IMG/VR virus record: IMGVR_UViG_3300031772_000016
Span: 10,805 to 74,804 of that record
Length of the DNA: 64,000 nt
Reading direction: 5' to 3' (one strand)
From: a virus
Below are positions 37,744-47,388 of the stretch, one piece after another. The notes below the pieces were generated by a model. It was given only the letters and a program-made list of their open reading frames with translations, was not told the origin of the DNA and ran no database searches. The position numbers and the translations under genes are program-made. Numbering within the stretch: position 1 is the first letter of the stretch; each line of letters starts with the position of its first letter.

Positions 37744-38574
37744 ATGACTAAAAAGCGATGGACTGAGTCAGAAGAGTCTGAAGCTATTGCTTTACTGAAA
37801 ATAGGGAAAACGTATAAAGAGATTAGTGATAGTACAGGCCGTTCTATGAGTAGCCTACAAAAGAAAAATATGAGAGAATGGAAAATAGATATAAGTCAGT
37901 TTAATAGTAGTAAGCTATCTGTGAGCGTTAGAAAATCTGCATACAAAATAAGTGAGTGGCAGAAAGCTCATGGCAGGTGGGCAGGAGAAAAGAATCCCAA
38001 CTATGGAGCAAAAATAGTAAAAACAGGAGTAGATAATCCAATATATGTTTGGAGGAAAGAGAACCCAGGGTATCAAGATGGAGAAAAGAACCCGTCTTTT
38101 GGTAGGGTGCCCTCTCCGGAAGAGATCGAGCTAAAAACAAGAAAAATAAAAGAGTTTTCAGCTAGTAGGATTGGAAAGACGCTGGAAGAGTCTTATGGGA
38201 AAGAAATAGCGATAAAGATTAAACGAGCAGTAAGCCTGAGTTGCATTAAAAGAATATCTGAACAAAAATCTAGTGGTACGTGGCCAGAGCTGGAAATGAT
38301 AAAATTTTTAGATTCTATGGGAATAACATATGTGTTTCAGCACCCTATGGAGTACTATTGCGTAGATTTTTATGTCCCAGATAAAAATCTAGTTATACAG
38401 GTAGATGGGTGCTATTGGCACGGGTGCCCTAAACATTCTACTGAGTTAGACGATAGACAGAAAAACAGGATAAGGCTAGACCATTCTTGTGACTCCTATT
38501 TGAAAAATAGAGGCTATAGAGTCGCTCGTATATGGGAGTGTGATATTAAAAAAACAACTATGAATCTGTTGTGA
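37744..38574 (+). CDS. Free-standing Vsr/DUF559-like homing endonuclease with NUMOD3-like repeats
   Basis: GEKNPNYG and GEKNPSFG; VDFY...VIQVDGCYWHG...RIWE. Confidence 0.8.
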   Translation: MTKKRWTESEESEAIALLKIGKTYKEISDSTGRSMSSLQKKNMREWKIDISQFNSSKLSVSVRKSAYKISEWQKAHGRWAGEKNPNYGAKIVKTGVDNPIYVWRKENPGYQDGEKNPSFGRVPSPEEIELKTRKIKEFSASRIGKTLEESYGKEIAIKIKRAVSLSCIKRISEQKSSGTWPELEMIKFLDSMGITYVFQHPMEYYCVDFYVPDKNLVIQVDGCYWHGCPKHSTELDDRQKNRIRLDHSCDSYLKNRGYRVARIWECDIKKTTMNLL

Positions 38575-38598
38575 AGTTATTAACAGAGGAGAAAATTT

Positions 38599-39606
38599 AT
38601 GCCGATCGGACTTGATCTAGGCACCGCGTTTTTGGTCTCAGCCACTCAAGACGAGAGTGGTCAGACACAAATAAAATCTATACGGGACGCGTTTATAGAC
38701 ATTGAAGGAGCAGACGCGTCTGTACTCAATATGCTTAAGATGTCTAACGTATCGTATGTACAGGATGGTAACAGTGTAATAGTAGTCGGAGAACAAAGTC
38801 TGTCCATTGCGAACCTTTTAAAGCGCGATATTCGTAGACCAATGCGCCAAGGCGTGATATCTCCTGGTGAACATGATGCAGAGCGTATGCTGGTTATCCT
38901 ACTCAAGAATATTTTGTCGGGCCCCAAGGTAGAGAACGAGAATGTGTTTTATTCGGTACCTGCTAAATCTGTAGATAGAGAGATGGACGTAATTTATCAT
39001 CAAGAGATGCTCAGAAAGATAATAGAATCAATGGGTTACAAAGCAACACCTATGAATGAAGCGGCGGCGATTGTGTATTCTAATAATAGCTCAGACGGGT
39101 TCACGGCACTAGCTACGAGCCTAGGTGCTGGAAGTGTAAACACCGCTTTAGTTTATCAGACTATGGTAGGTATGGCATTCAGCCTGGCACGCTCGGGTGA
39201 TTTCATCGATGAGTCTGCGGCACGCGCTGTAGGGTCTACGGCTACTCGTTTGATGGCTATCAAAGAGAAAGGCGTGAACCTACTTGATCCTACAGAGGGG
39301 GATCCTAAACAAGTTCGGGAGCGCGAAGCTATCATAATGTACTATCGTAACCTGATACGGTACGTAATTGAAAACATTTCCAAAGAGTTTAAAAAGAATA
39401 CTAGTAAAATAGAGCTGCCGGAATCTTTGCCATGGATATTGTCTGGTGGCACCACAAAACCAAAGAATTTCCTGGAGTTCTTCTCAAAAGTTTTTAAAGA
39501 GGAGTATGAGTCTACTTTTCCCATTTCTGTAAAAAGTATACGGCTAGCGTCCGATGTTTTGAATTCGGTTGCACAGGGACTCCTGATAGCGGCTATGAAC
39601 TCGTAG
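38599..39606 (+). CDS. Actin-like (MreB/FtsA/ParM superfamily) ATPase
   Basis: GLDLGT (phosphate 1), NEAAA, SLGAGSVN (phosphate 2), LSGGT (adenosine). Confidence 0.8.
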   Translation: MPIGLDLGTAFLVSATQDESGQTQIKSIRDAFIDIEGADASVLNMLKMSNVSYVQDGNSVIVVGEQSLSIANLLKRDIRRPMRQGVISPGEHDAERMLVILLKNILSGPKVENENVFYSVPAKSVDREMDVIYHQEMLRKIIESMGYKATPMNEAAAIVYSNNSSDGFTALATSLGAGSVNTALVYQTMVGMAFSLARSGDFIDESAARAVGSTATRLMAIKEKGVNLLDPTEGDPKQVREREAIIMYYRNLIRYVIENISKEFKKNTSKIELPESLPWILSGGTTKPKNFLEFFSKVFKEEYESTFPISVKSIRLASDVLNSVAQGLLIAAMNS

Positions 39607-39638
39607 ACAGCACACAGAGACTGAGGTCGTCGTATGGT

Positions 39639-39666
39639 AGGGCCTGTAGAGATACAGGCCCTTTTT
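39639..39666 (+). terminator. Intrinsic terminator
   Basis: AGGGCCTGTA-GAGA-TACAGGCCCTTTTT. Confidence 0.88.
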
Positions 39667-39678
39667 GTTGCCCACCTC

Positions 39679-39694
39679 CCATAATCTATTAATC
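39679..39694 (+). promoter_or_regulatory. Putative late-promoter motif (degenerate)
   Basis: CCATAATCTATTAATC after a terminator. Confidence 0.45.
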
Positions 39695-39734
39695 TATCCG
39701 CTATATCAGGTACCATACCACAAAGAGTGAACTA

Positions 39735-41195
39735 ATGTCTCAGAACTCGTTGCTCACCGTAGTGAAGCGCAGACTACTTGAAGAACTCAGGTATGTCGTA
39801 CAAAATAACCAGGTGTACCGTGATAAGGTGCAAGTCCTACACAAGATGGCTTATACGGAACGCCCCTCCATGGCGGTCATACTCCGCAATGCCTCTGCCT
39901 CAAGGATAAAGCTCTCCGCAGACGACTCCGCGGGAACTCTCAAGAGCCACCTGGCTCTCGCCAAGGCTGGGGATAAGCCGACTGGGTGCCTGGAGTGGGT
40001 GTGGGAAGATACTGCCCATATGACTGAGTACATGGTAGGAGAGGATTTATCCAGCCAAATCCAAGGTACGAGCACGTATGGTCAGAACAGGGTTTTTTAT
40101 ACTGCTATCAAGCCGGTGATCTCGGGACACAACAACACGGTGCCTGCGGATAATTTCAGGCAGGTGTCGGTGAAGAAGAATGGGCTCCCGGTATTCCCGG
40201 AGTATGTCAATGGCAACAAAGGGATGATCATACTCCCTACAGCCCCTGTAGTAGGTGACACGCTTACTATAGACTATTACTACAACAATCTCACGCCGCC
40301 GGGTAGGTACTACATAGAGGTCATATCAGGTCGCAGGTTCGTGATAGACCCACTGTACCAGGTGAGGGATGAAGAAGTCATCACGAGTACCACGGGTCTG
40401 GAGACTACAGTATCTCTGGCTCATGGAGGACTCTACGGTGATTTTGATGTACTCTACACCATGAAGTACAAGACCAGTAACAAGATTTATCTTCAGAAAT
40501 CTACTACAGTCACTCCTACTATAGACGACGACTACACGATTACCGCGGCTGGGGTGATTACATTCCTCAGACCACTCCCTGTTGATACTACATTGTTCGC
40601 GAATTACAGGTGGACTCCTGGTACTACTATGGGGCCGTATGATATCCCAGAGGATTTTCACTACAACAACACAGTTCTGCCTGGGGTGATCCTGGCTTTT
40701 AGTAATCAGTTGGATGAGGGTACAAAGATGATACTGATAGTGTACCCTCAGAGAGAGCCTGCAGCGATGGTGTACAGTGGGCATTACCGGATGAGTTTTG
40801 ATATAGAGGTATTTGCGAAGGATCCTATACAGTTGCCGGATTTGACTGACCACATCATCAATGAGATATGGTCGAATCGTAGGTTGAAGTTGATGGAAGA
40901 GGGGCTGACTATAGAGGAGATGGATCCTACGGGGGAATCTGAGGAGGCTTTTGACAACAATACTGGGGATTTGTACTACAAGAACAGCATCAGTCTACAG
41001 ATGATGACTGAGTGGAAGAAGTTTGTACCGTTCAATACTGAAATCATGGATTTTGACACGAAGCTTTATCAGTACATGAATTTGAAGGATTACATAGTGA
41101 CGAACCAGGATAAGGTGCTCGAGCTCCGGTTACAGCCGGGGGCGGTGCCTTTTGAGGTGGTGTACCCGAAGACTGGGTATGCCAGGTACATGTGA
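39735..41195 (+). CDS. Putative tail completion/terminator protein
   Basis: Upstream of sheath; ERPSMAVI...MSFDIEVFAKD pattern. Assignment largely positional. Confidence 0.45.
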   Translation: MSQNSLLTVVKRRLLEELRYVVQNNQVYRDKVQVLHKMAYTERPSMAVILRNASASRIKLSADDSAGTLKSHLALAKAGDKPTGCLEWVWEDTAHMTEYMVGEDLSSQIQGTSTYGQNRVFYTAIKPVISGHNNTVPADNFRQVSVKKNGLPVFPEYVNGNKGMIILPTAPVVGDTLTIDYYYNNLTPPGRYYIEVISGRRFVIDPLYQVRDEEVITSTTGLETTVSLAHGGLYGDFDVLYTMKYKTSNKIYLQKSTTVTPTIDDDYTITAAGVITFLRPLPVDTTLFANYRWTPGTTMGPYDIPEDFHYNNTVLPGVILAFSNQLDEGTKMILIVYPQREPAAMVYSGHYRMSFDIEVFAKDPIQLPDLTDHIINEIWSNRRLKLMEEGLTIEEMDPTGESEEAFDNNTGDLYYKNSISLQMMTEWKKFVPFNTEIMDFDTKLYQYMNLKDYIVTNQDKVLELRLQPGAVPFEVVYPKTGYARYM

Positions 41196-41206
41196 GTGTA
41201 TAGGTC

Positions 41207-41222
41207 AAATAATCTTCTAATA
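41207..41222 (+). promoter_or_regulatory. Putative late-promoter motif
   Basis: AAATAATCTTCTAATA. Confidence 0.55.
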
Positions 41223-41268
41223 TATTCTGCACGTTAGATCTACATACTAAATAAAAAGGAGTCTTTCT

Positions 41269-41745
41269 ATGCCGATGTACACGTACCAGTGTGATCAGTG
41301 TGGTTTTGTTTTTGAGGATCTCGTATCGTTCGATGAGAAGGATACGGATATAACCTGCAGCCTGTGTGCTGGTAAAGCTGTGCGGAATGCGGTAGAGACT
41401 TTTGGGATACACACGACTCTGAACTCTCGCACAGACACTATCTACAGTCCGAAAGAGATTGATAAGGTAGTGGGGGCGGAGTCGGAGCGTAAGTGGGCGG
41501 GATATGACGAGAGATGGAGGAAGAAGTATGAAGCTCAGCAGCAAGCTCGTTGGAAAGGCCAGCAGCCTACTCCAGTTAATATACCGAAGGATGCGGATGG
41601 TAAGTATTCTCCCCTCATGCATTTGGGGGACCCTAAAGAGCGTGATGTCAGGAAAGGTTTTTCGAAAGTCCTGCAAGAGCACAGAGCCGATCGAAAAAGC
41701 AAAGGACTAGATCAATTTGATGGTCCAGGGGCCATCACAGAGTAA
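41269..41745 (+). CDS. FmdB-like zinc-ribbon protein
   Basis: MPMYTYQCDQCG...CSLC. Confidence 0.75.
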   Translation: MPMYTYQCDQCGFVFEDLVSFDEKDTDITCSLCAGKAVRNAVETFGIHTTLNSRTDTIYSPKEIDKVVGAESERKWAGYDERWRKKYEAQQQARWKGQQPTPVNIPKDADGKYSPLMHLGDPKERDVRKGFSKVLQEHRADRKSKGLDQFDGPGAITE

Positions 41746-41753
41746 TAGTAGGC

Positions 41754-41769
41754 CTATAACCTATTAATA
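41754..41769 (+). promoter_or_regulatory. Putative late-promoter motif (degenerate)
   Basis: CTATAACCTATTAATA upstream of the sheath gene. Confidence 0.45.
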
Positions 41770-41866
41770 TCTAAATATAAATAACACGCCTATAGCACAT
41801 ACGTAACAAACTATAAAATAATATAAATCTAAAAAATAGAGTAACTACGATAAAAGGAGCGAAAAA

Positions 41867-44836
41867 ATGGCTATAGGACCTCTGGAAAGTTTTGTTTTCC
41901 CTGGTGTACTGGTTAAGACTATCAATGAGGCTGCCGGTGCTTCTACTGCGGGTGATATACGTTTCCCAGCTTTTGTGGGCGTATCTGCTGAAGAGGTCCG
42001 CGTGGGTGACTTTGAGATGGTTCGTGGCTCTTCTGCGATCGCTGACAACATCATTCTCGACGAGCAGGTTACTGGGACATCTGTTGCTACTCCTTCCGGA
42101 TATACTCCTTCCGGATATACTCCGGGATGGATAGGTGGCGCACAGGGTGCTGTAAAAGATTTCCGCGTAGAAAATTTCCCCATCGTCCTTGGCGACGGCA
42201 CAGGTAGAGTGGCGACCCTGCCCTCGAGCGTCATCGTCACGGTCAATGGAGAGAACGTGGCGGTCAATGCGGTGAACGGGCTCACGGGTCAGGTCACTCT
42301 GGTCGTGGTTCCTAAGGACACTGATGATGTCCGTTGCAACTACTATTTCAAGCGTCGTGACACGTACATCGAGAACGAGATTGACTCCAACCAGGCTGAC
42401 AGTTCAAACCGCATATTCAAGGTCCATAGCGCACGTATCGTGAAGGGTGACAACAGTGGTAGCTCTGCTACTGATGCAGACATCAACGCTACCGTGACGA
42501 TCCTTTACAACCCGACTCCTCTTTCGAATCCGGGAGATGAGTTTGAGCGTACGGTGAAAGTCATTGAGGCGAAGGTTAATGGTGCTATTGTTACGATATC
42601 TGCTCTGGATGGTGCGAATGGTCGTGTGACTTTGGCTGTCGCTCCTACGAGTGGTGATGTTGTTACGTTCACCTACTTCGCGAACCTGTGGCAGGACACG
42701 TATGACATTCTTCCTGCACCGACGGTGAATCGTGTGGTCAAGGTCGGTCTCAGCCAGGACACTTCTGATTTCTCGGTCGGTAACGACTGCGTACTCTCTG
42801 GTGATAACAGACTGCACTGGGGCAACTCTTACCAGGTCACCAACGGTGTGTATACACTGGCGACCACGCCGATCGTGGACAACATTGTGGCATCGGTGAC
42901 GGATACCAGGGTCTACGGTAGAGTAGCTGCACCGGCGGTGGTTGGTTCTTTGGACCCTGTCGAGGGTAACTTGCCGTTCAATGACGGTACTAACAAAGTG
43001 TTTACGTTACCGACCATGCCGGTGGATGGTAGCGGTAATGGAGATGCGACAGAAGATACATCTCTTATTACTGCCTATTTTGGAGCTACGTGGGCCGCTG
43101 CTTATGCTGCTAGTGCTAAGCAGGTCCTTTCGATAGACGGTAATCAGATCACGCTGGCATTGGCCCCGGCTAATACAGAGCATGTGTATATCACGTACTA
43201 CGAGTGTGATATCGTAGATGATAGTTGGCTTTTGACTGTGCGTGTGCCTGGTATCTCTGGTGTAGGAAAGTACACACTGGCATCTCTGCTCCATGGTAAC
43301 GCCCTTGGAGTGGTGCAATCTGGAGGCACTGCTACTTTTGCTTACGCTGGTTCCGGTACTCCCAACGCAGAGGTTAATCCTCTGATTGCTTCTACAGAGC
43401 GTGTACGTTGCACATTTGGTGCTCTTGGTGGGTTCACGGTTAGCTCTATGGTGGGTACGACACTTACTCCTTGGGTACATAATGGTCGTACGGGTTCGGT
43501 GATGACCTACAACCAGAACAAGGGTACGATCGGTCAGACCTACGTTGATCCTACCACTGGTTTCAGAGTGGCTTTTGCTTCTAGCCCTGTACCTAGCAAC
43601 GGCACTTATGTTGAGTTCGATATCGGTGATCCTACTGTGTCTGGTATCACAAATAGAGCTTACATCACTGCAGACACAAACATCGTTCGAGTCATCCCGG
43701 GTATTAACCTGACGATCTCTACGACAGTGGGTAGTGATCCAGGTAACACGGCGACTATCGCTACGTACAACAAGAGTGGTAATGAGCCCAATATAGGTGA
43801 CATGTACTATGTCACGTTCGATAAGGCTAAGACAGACTACACGACTCGGTTCCTCACGAGCATGCGTGATGTGGTCAAGTACTTTGGTCCGATCGATATC
43901 AACAACAAGCTCACTATCGCCGCCAACCTGGCGTTCATCAACGGAGCCAGGGCAGTGGCCATGAAGCAGATCCAGAGAGTGTCTGGTGGTACGGATGCGA
44001 GTGTACAGGATTACATTGATGGTATCGATGCGTTCAACGAGCCTATGCCGAACGGTCTTCGTCCTTCAATGATACAGCCGCTCTCGACAGACCCTCAGGT
44101 ACTGAGTTACCTGAAGACTTCGAATGCGATTCAGTCGAGTATCCGTTACAGGAACGAGCGTACCAGTGCAGTAGGCTTCCCAGTGGGTACCACGTCTGAT
44201 GCGGTTATCCAGCAGTGCAAAAATCTGTCTTCTGAGAAGATTACTGCTGTGTATCCTGACGGTGCTGTTATAGGCATCGTGGATGCGTACGGTAATGAGG
44301 TTGAGTATATCGTAGATGGTTCTTTGATTGCAGCTGCGGTAGCTGGTCGTGATATATCGCCGGTGAATGACATTGCTACACCTCTTACGAACGCTACGGT
44401 TTCTGGTTTCAAGCGTTTGTACCGGAGATTGGACAATGTTACGGCTTCGTTGGTGGCGAATTCTGGTTGTACGGTTCTTGAGGAGCAGACTCCAGTCATC
44501 AGGATTCTTATGTATCTGACCACAGATATGTCCACGTCTCTCACTCGTGACCCTCGTATTGTTGAGGTGAAGCATTCGATCCAGCAGGGGATCCGGACTG
44601 CTCTCCAGCAGTATATCGGTGTAAAGAATCTGCCGAAGATGCAGACACAGATCAGGGATACCGTAGGTTCGTACTTCAAGCAGTTGAAGCAGAATGAGAT
44701 CATTGTGGACTTTACGGGTATCCGTGTGTCTCAGAATACGAGTGATCCGAGCACGGTGGATGTGGAAGCATACTATAGCCCAGTGTTCCCTTTGAACTGG
44801 ATTATGGTTACCCTTAACCTGAGACAGAGTCTGTAA
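41867..44836 (+). CDS. Contractile tail sheath protein
   Basis: N-terminal FPGV...FVG; C-terminal AAAVAG...YIG...YSPVFPLNWI sheath signature; 989 aa. Confidence 0.88.
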   Translation: MAIGPLESFVFPGVLVKTINEAAGASTAGDIRFPAFVGVSAEEVRVGDFEMVRGSSAIADNIILDEQVTGTSVATPSGYTPSGYTPGWIGGAQGAVKDFRVENFPIVLGDGTGRVATLPSSVIVTVNGENVAVNAVNGLTGQVTLVVVPKDTDDVRCNYYFKRRDTYIENEIDSNQADSSNRIFKVHSARIVKGDNSGSSATDADINATVTILYNPTPLSNPGDEFERTVKVIEAKVNGAIVTISALDGANGRVTLAVAPTSGDVVTFTYFANLWQDTYDILPAPTVNRVVKVGLSQDTSDFSVGNDCVLSGDNRLHWGNSYQVTNGVYTLATTPIVDNIVASVTDTRVYGRVAAPAVVGSLDPVEGNLPFNDGTNKVFTLPTMPVDGSGNGDATEDTSLITAYFGATWAAAYAASAKQVLSIDGNQITLALAPANTEHVYITYYECDIVDDSWLLTVRVPGISGVGKYTLASLLHGNALGVVQSGGTATFAYAGSGTPNAEVNPLIASTERVRCTFGALGGFTVSSMVGTTLTPWVHNGRTGSVMTYNQNKGTIGQTYVDPTTGFRVAFASSPVPSNGTYVEFDIGDPTVSGITNRAYITADTNIVRVIPGINLTISTTVGSDPGNTATIATYNKSGNEPNIGDMYYVTFDKAKTDYTTRFLTSMRDVVKYFGPIDINNKLTIAANLAFINGARAVAMKQIQRVSGGTDASVQDYIDGIDAFNEPMPNGLRPSMIQPLSTDPQVLSYLKTSNAIQSSIRYRNERTSAVGFPVGTTSDAVIQQCKNLSSEKITAVYPDGAVIGIVDAYGNEVEYIVDGSLIAAAVAGRDISPVNDIATPLTNATVSGFKRLYRRLDNVTASLVANSGCTVLEEQTPVIRILMYLTTDMSTSLTRDPRIVEVKHSIQQGIRTALQQYIGVKNLPKMQTQIRDTVGSYFKQLKQNEIIVDFTGIRVSQNTSDPSTVDVEAYYSPVFPLNWIMVTLNLRQSL

Positions 44837-44877
44837 CAAACCGGAACTAAACCACTACTTTTTAAGGAGATCGCATT

Positions 44878-45882
44878 ATGGATCGCATAGCATTAGCAAA
44901 GAGGTTGGAGGGTCTGTCGAAGGTGTTTGCGAGTACTACGCCGTACCACAGAGACCTGAAGGCGATGGCAGAGGTATTGACCAAGGTCGAGGATGAGAAG
45001 TTCGCGACTATCCTGAGTCCGGATTTCACAGCCGAGGCTGCTGCGGAGATAGATGCTGCATATCAGCGTGGTCAGAATCTACCTGGTATGAGTCAAAGTA
45101 TGAGGACTACACCTAGCACAGGTACGACACCTTTGGCTGATCCTCAGATAGCTTTGAAAACGATCAAGAGTAATCCAAATGCTACTATTGAGGATGCTCT
45201 TGCTCTTGTTCGTAAATATCCTGAGTTCAAGCTAACTCCTATTAGTGAGCTTATGGGTGTAACGAGTCCTGCGCATATCCCAGCCCCTGCTCCTGCGGTA
45301 GCTCCTGTCAAAATGGCATCAGAAGAGAACACTGGTATGTTTTGGAGCAAGGAAGCATCTGAGGCTGTACAGAACAATCTGGTCCGTGACGTGGTAGGTA
45401 TGGACAAGTCGATCTGCTGTGACACTAAGCGTCACCTGGACAAGGGTCAGGTTCCTGATGGCTCACATGACGGTGAAAAAGCTCCTACGCTGAAGAAAGA
45501 ACAGACACCGGATCAGAGCAAGTCACTTGATTCTGGTATCGTCGAGAAGTCTCATGGTAAGGTGAACAAGGAAGCTTCGGAAGAGCCCGTGGCTTGTGAT
45601 GATAAGGCTAAGAAAGAAGAAGAGAGCAAAGAAGCAGCCGCGGCAGCAGAGTCTGCAGCAGCTAAGGCTAAGAAGGAAAAGGAAGAGGCTGCTGCTAAGA
45701 AGAAAGCAGAAGAGACCGCAGAAGCTGTTAAAGATATGAAGAAGGCTAAGGACGCAACAGTAGCTCCTGTTACAGAAGAGAAAGACGCTACTCTCGAAGA
45801 CAGTTTTGAGCTCGGTGATGCTATGGATGAGATCACATTGGACGCTGCTGAGCAGGATAAATTGAGCCAGCTTTTTGCATAA
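44878..45882 (+). CDS. Hypothetical K/E/A-rich protein, possible internal head protein
   Basis: AAGGAG RBS; several K-x-A-S motifs. Confidence 0.7.
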   Translation: MDRIALAKRLEGLSKVFASTTPYHRDLKAMAEVLTKVEDEKFATILSPDFTAEAAAEIDAAYQRGQNLPGMSQSMRTTPSTGTTPLADPQIALKTIKSNPNATIEDALALVRKYPEFKLTPISELMGVTSPAHIPAPAPAVAPVKMASEENTGMFWSKEASEAVQNNLVRDVVGMDKSICCDTKRHLDKGQVPDGSHDGEKAPTLKKEQTPDQSKSLDSGIVEKSHGKVNKEASEEPVACDDKAKKEEESKEAAAAAESAAAKAKKEKEEAAAKKKAEETAEAVKDMKKAKDATVAPVTEEKDATLEDSFELGDAMDEITLDAAEQDKLSQLFA

Positions 45883-45910
45883 GAATTCTGTAATCAGAAG
45901 GAGTTGATTT

Positions 45911-46630
45911 ATGGCAGGAAGAGATAGAGATACATACGTACATCGTATGGGTATCACTCCAGAGACGGCGTCTGTAATAAGTTCTAAGAACAGAATTTAT
46001 GCTACGCCTGCTGATGGTGGTAGCCAACTTTTTCAGATTGGTGTTGTCGCTACTTTTGACCCCAGTGAGACACGGACTATCGAGCCTGTGCGTGGCATTG
46101 GTTTTGGTGACCATGTCGCTGAGCTGGTACCTGGCGTTACTGAGCCTATGACGCTGGCAGTTACGCGTACGGCACAGTATCTGTCCATGATTTACCAGGT
46201 GTTTGGGTACAAGGGTGGCGTTGATGGGTTGGTGAGATCTCTTCGTCATCACAAGTGGCCTTTTGATATTGTGCAGGAGCTTATTCTGAGCAATCTGGAT
46301 GATGTTACTGCACAGGCGAATGAAGTCAGTGGTAATCTCAGTACTCTGGCAGGAGCTCAGGCTATCCTGACCTATTTCCAGGGATGCTGGATATCTGACT
46401 ATAGCGTGTCATACGCTGCTGATGCTGCTCTGGTACAGGAGTCGGTGACAGTGAATGTTACAGATATCATTGGTGACACTCAGACATCTTACTCAGACAC
46501 CCTTGGGTTCAGTAATGATAAGCTGTTCAATGTTGGCGCTCGGTCTAAGATGGTGAACTCTGGTTTCAATCCTAACGTACAAGGACGTCAGGGAGAGACA
46601 CCGGCGGGCGCTGGTCTTACGTTACAGTAG
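45911..46630 (+). CDS. Tail tube protein
   Basis: Follows sheath; IG...RTIEPVRGIG...ELVPG...PFDI...GCWISDYS...ESVTV. Confidence 0.78.
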   Translation: MAGRDRDTYVHRMGITPETASVISSKNRIYATPADGGSQLFQIGVVATFDPSETRTIEPVRGIGFGDHVAELVPGVTEPMTLAVTRTAQYLSMIYQVFGYKGGVDGLVRSLRHHKWPFDIVQELILSNLDDVTAQANEVSGNLSTLAGAQAILTYFQGCWISDYSVSYAADAALVQESVTVNVTDIIGDTQTSYSDTLGFSNDKLFNVGARSKMVNSGFNPNVQGRQGETPAGAGLTLQ

Positions 46631-46827
46631 TAGGTAGAGTTTGACGGGGGATATCCCCGGGATTTTCAGATATAAATAACATATTATATTCTATATTTCT
46701 ATACATGACATAAAATAAGATGGTTATACTATATAGCCTCTTCAAATCCCCTTTGTATCTCCCCGCGATAGTATTGTTTTCTCGGTATTTTTTTTATATC
46801 TCAAACCATATTCGTTAGGAGTCCCTC

Positions 46828-47388
46828 ATGGGTCTGACTGATGTTTTTCAGGCTATCCAGAAAAAGTTCAGTTTCAGCAAGGTCGTGGAAATTTCGGGTA
46901 TCAAGTTCGAGTTAAGCATACTCTCTTTTGACCAGGAGTTAAAGTCAGAGTCTTTCCCACAAGGAGATGCAGATCCTCTGGCGTACTACAACGAGACCCG
47001 TAGGTATACGCTATCTCATGCTATCCGGAGTATAGATGGAGAGGTAGTTCCTGAGGTGGTTGAGATTAAAAACGGTAGTAAGATAGAAAAAATTCAGGGA
47101 TCTCTCTACGTTAAAGGGGTCCTATCCAAGCTACCTGTTAAGATAGTTGAGCAGCTGTTTGATGCTTATATAGATATCAAAGAAGAGTATGAAGGTATGC
47201 TAGACAAAGAGTTGAAGTATGACTGGTTTAAGACACCGGAGCAGAGAGACGCAGAGAGAAAAAGCAAGACAGAGGAGAAGAGCGATTCAGAAGAGCCTAA
47301 GTCTGAGGATAGTGCGCAAGCTACAGAAGAAGCACCTATTAATTTTGTAGAAATTCCTAAACCAGTAGATGACGCAGAGAAAGTTTAA
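46828..47388 (+). CDS. Putative tail assembly chaperone
   Basis: Between tube and tape-measure genes. Confidence 0.5.
   Translation: MGLTDVFQAIQKKFSFSKVVEISGIKFELSILSFDQELKSESFPQGDADPLAYYNETRRYTLSHAIRSIDGEVVPEVVEIKNGSKIEKIQGSLYVKGVLSKLPVKIVEQLFDAYIDIKEEYEGMLDKELKYDWFKTPEQRDAERKSKTEEKSDSEEPKSEDSAQATEEAPINFVEIPKPVDDAEKV

Noticed and set aside
42088-42127. 15-bp repeat in the sheath gene (TPSGYTPSGYTPG)
   Set aside because: Real, but likely a simple in-frame slippage duplication.
45880-45896. Twelfth late-promoter motif before the tail tube gene
   Set aside because: TAAGAATTCTGTAATC deviates in the TCT core and lies too close to the RBS.
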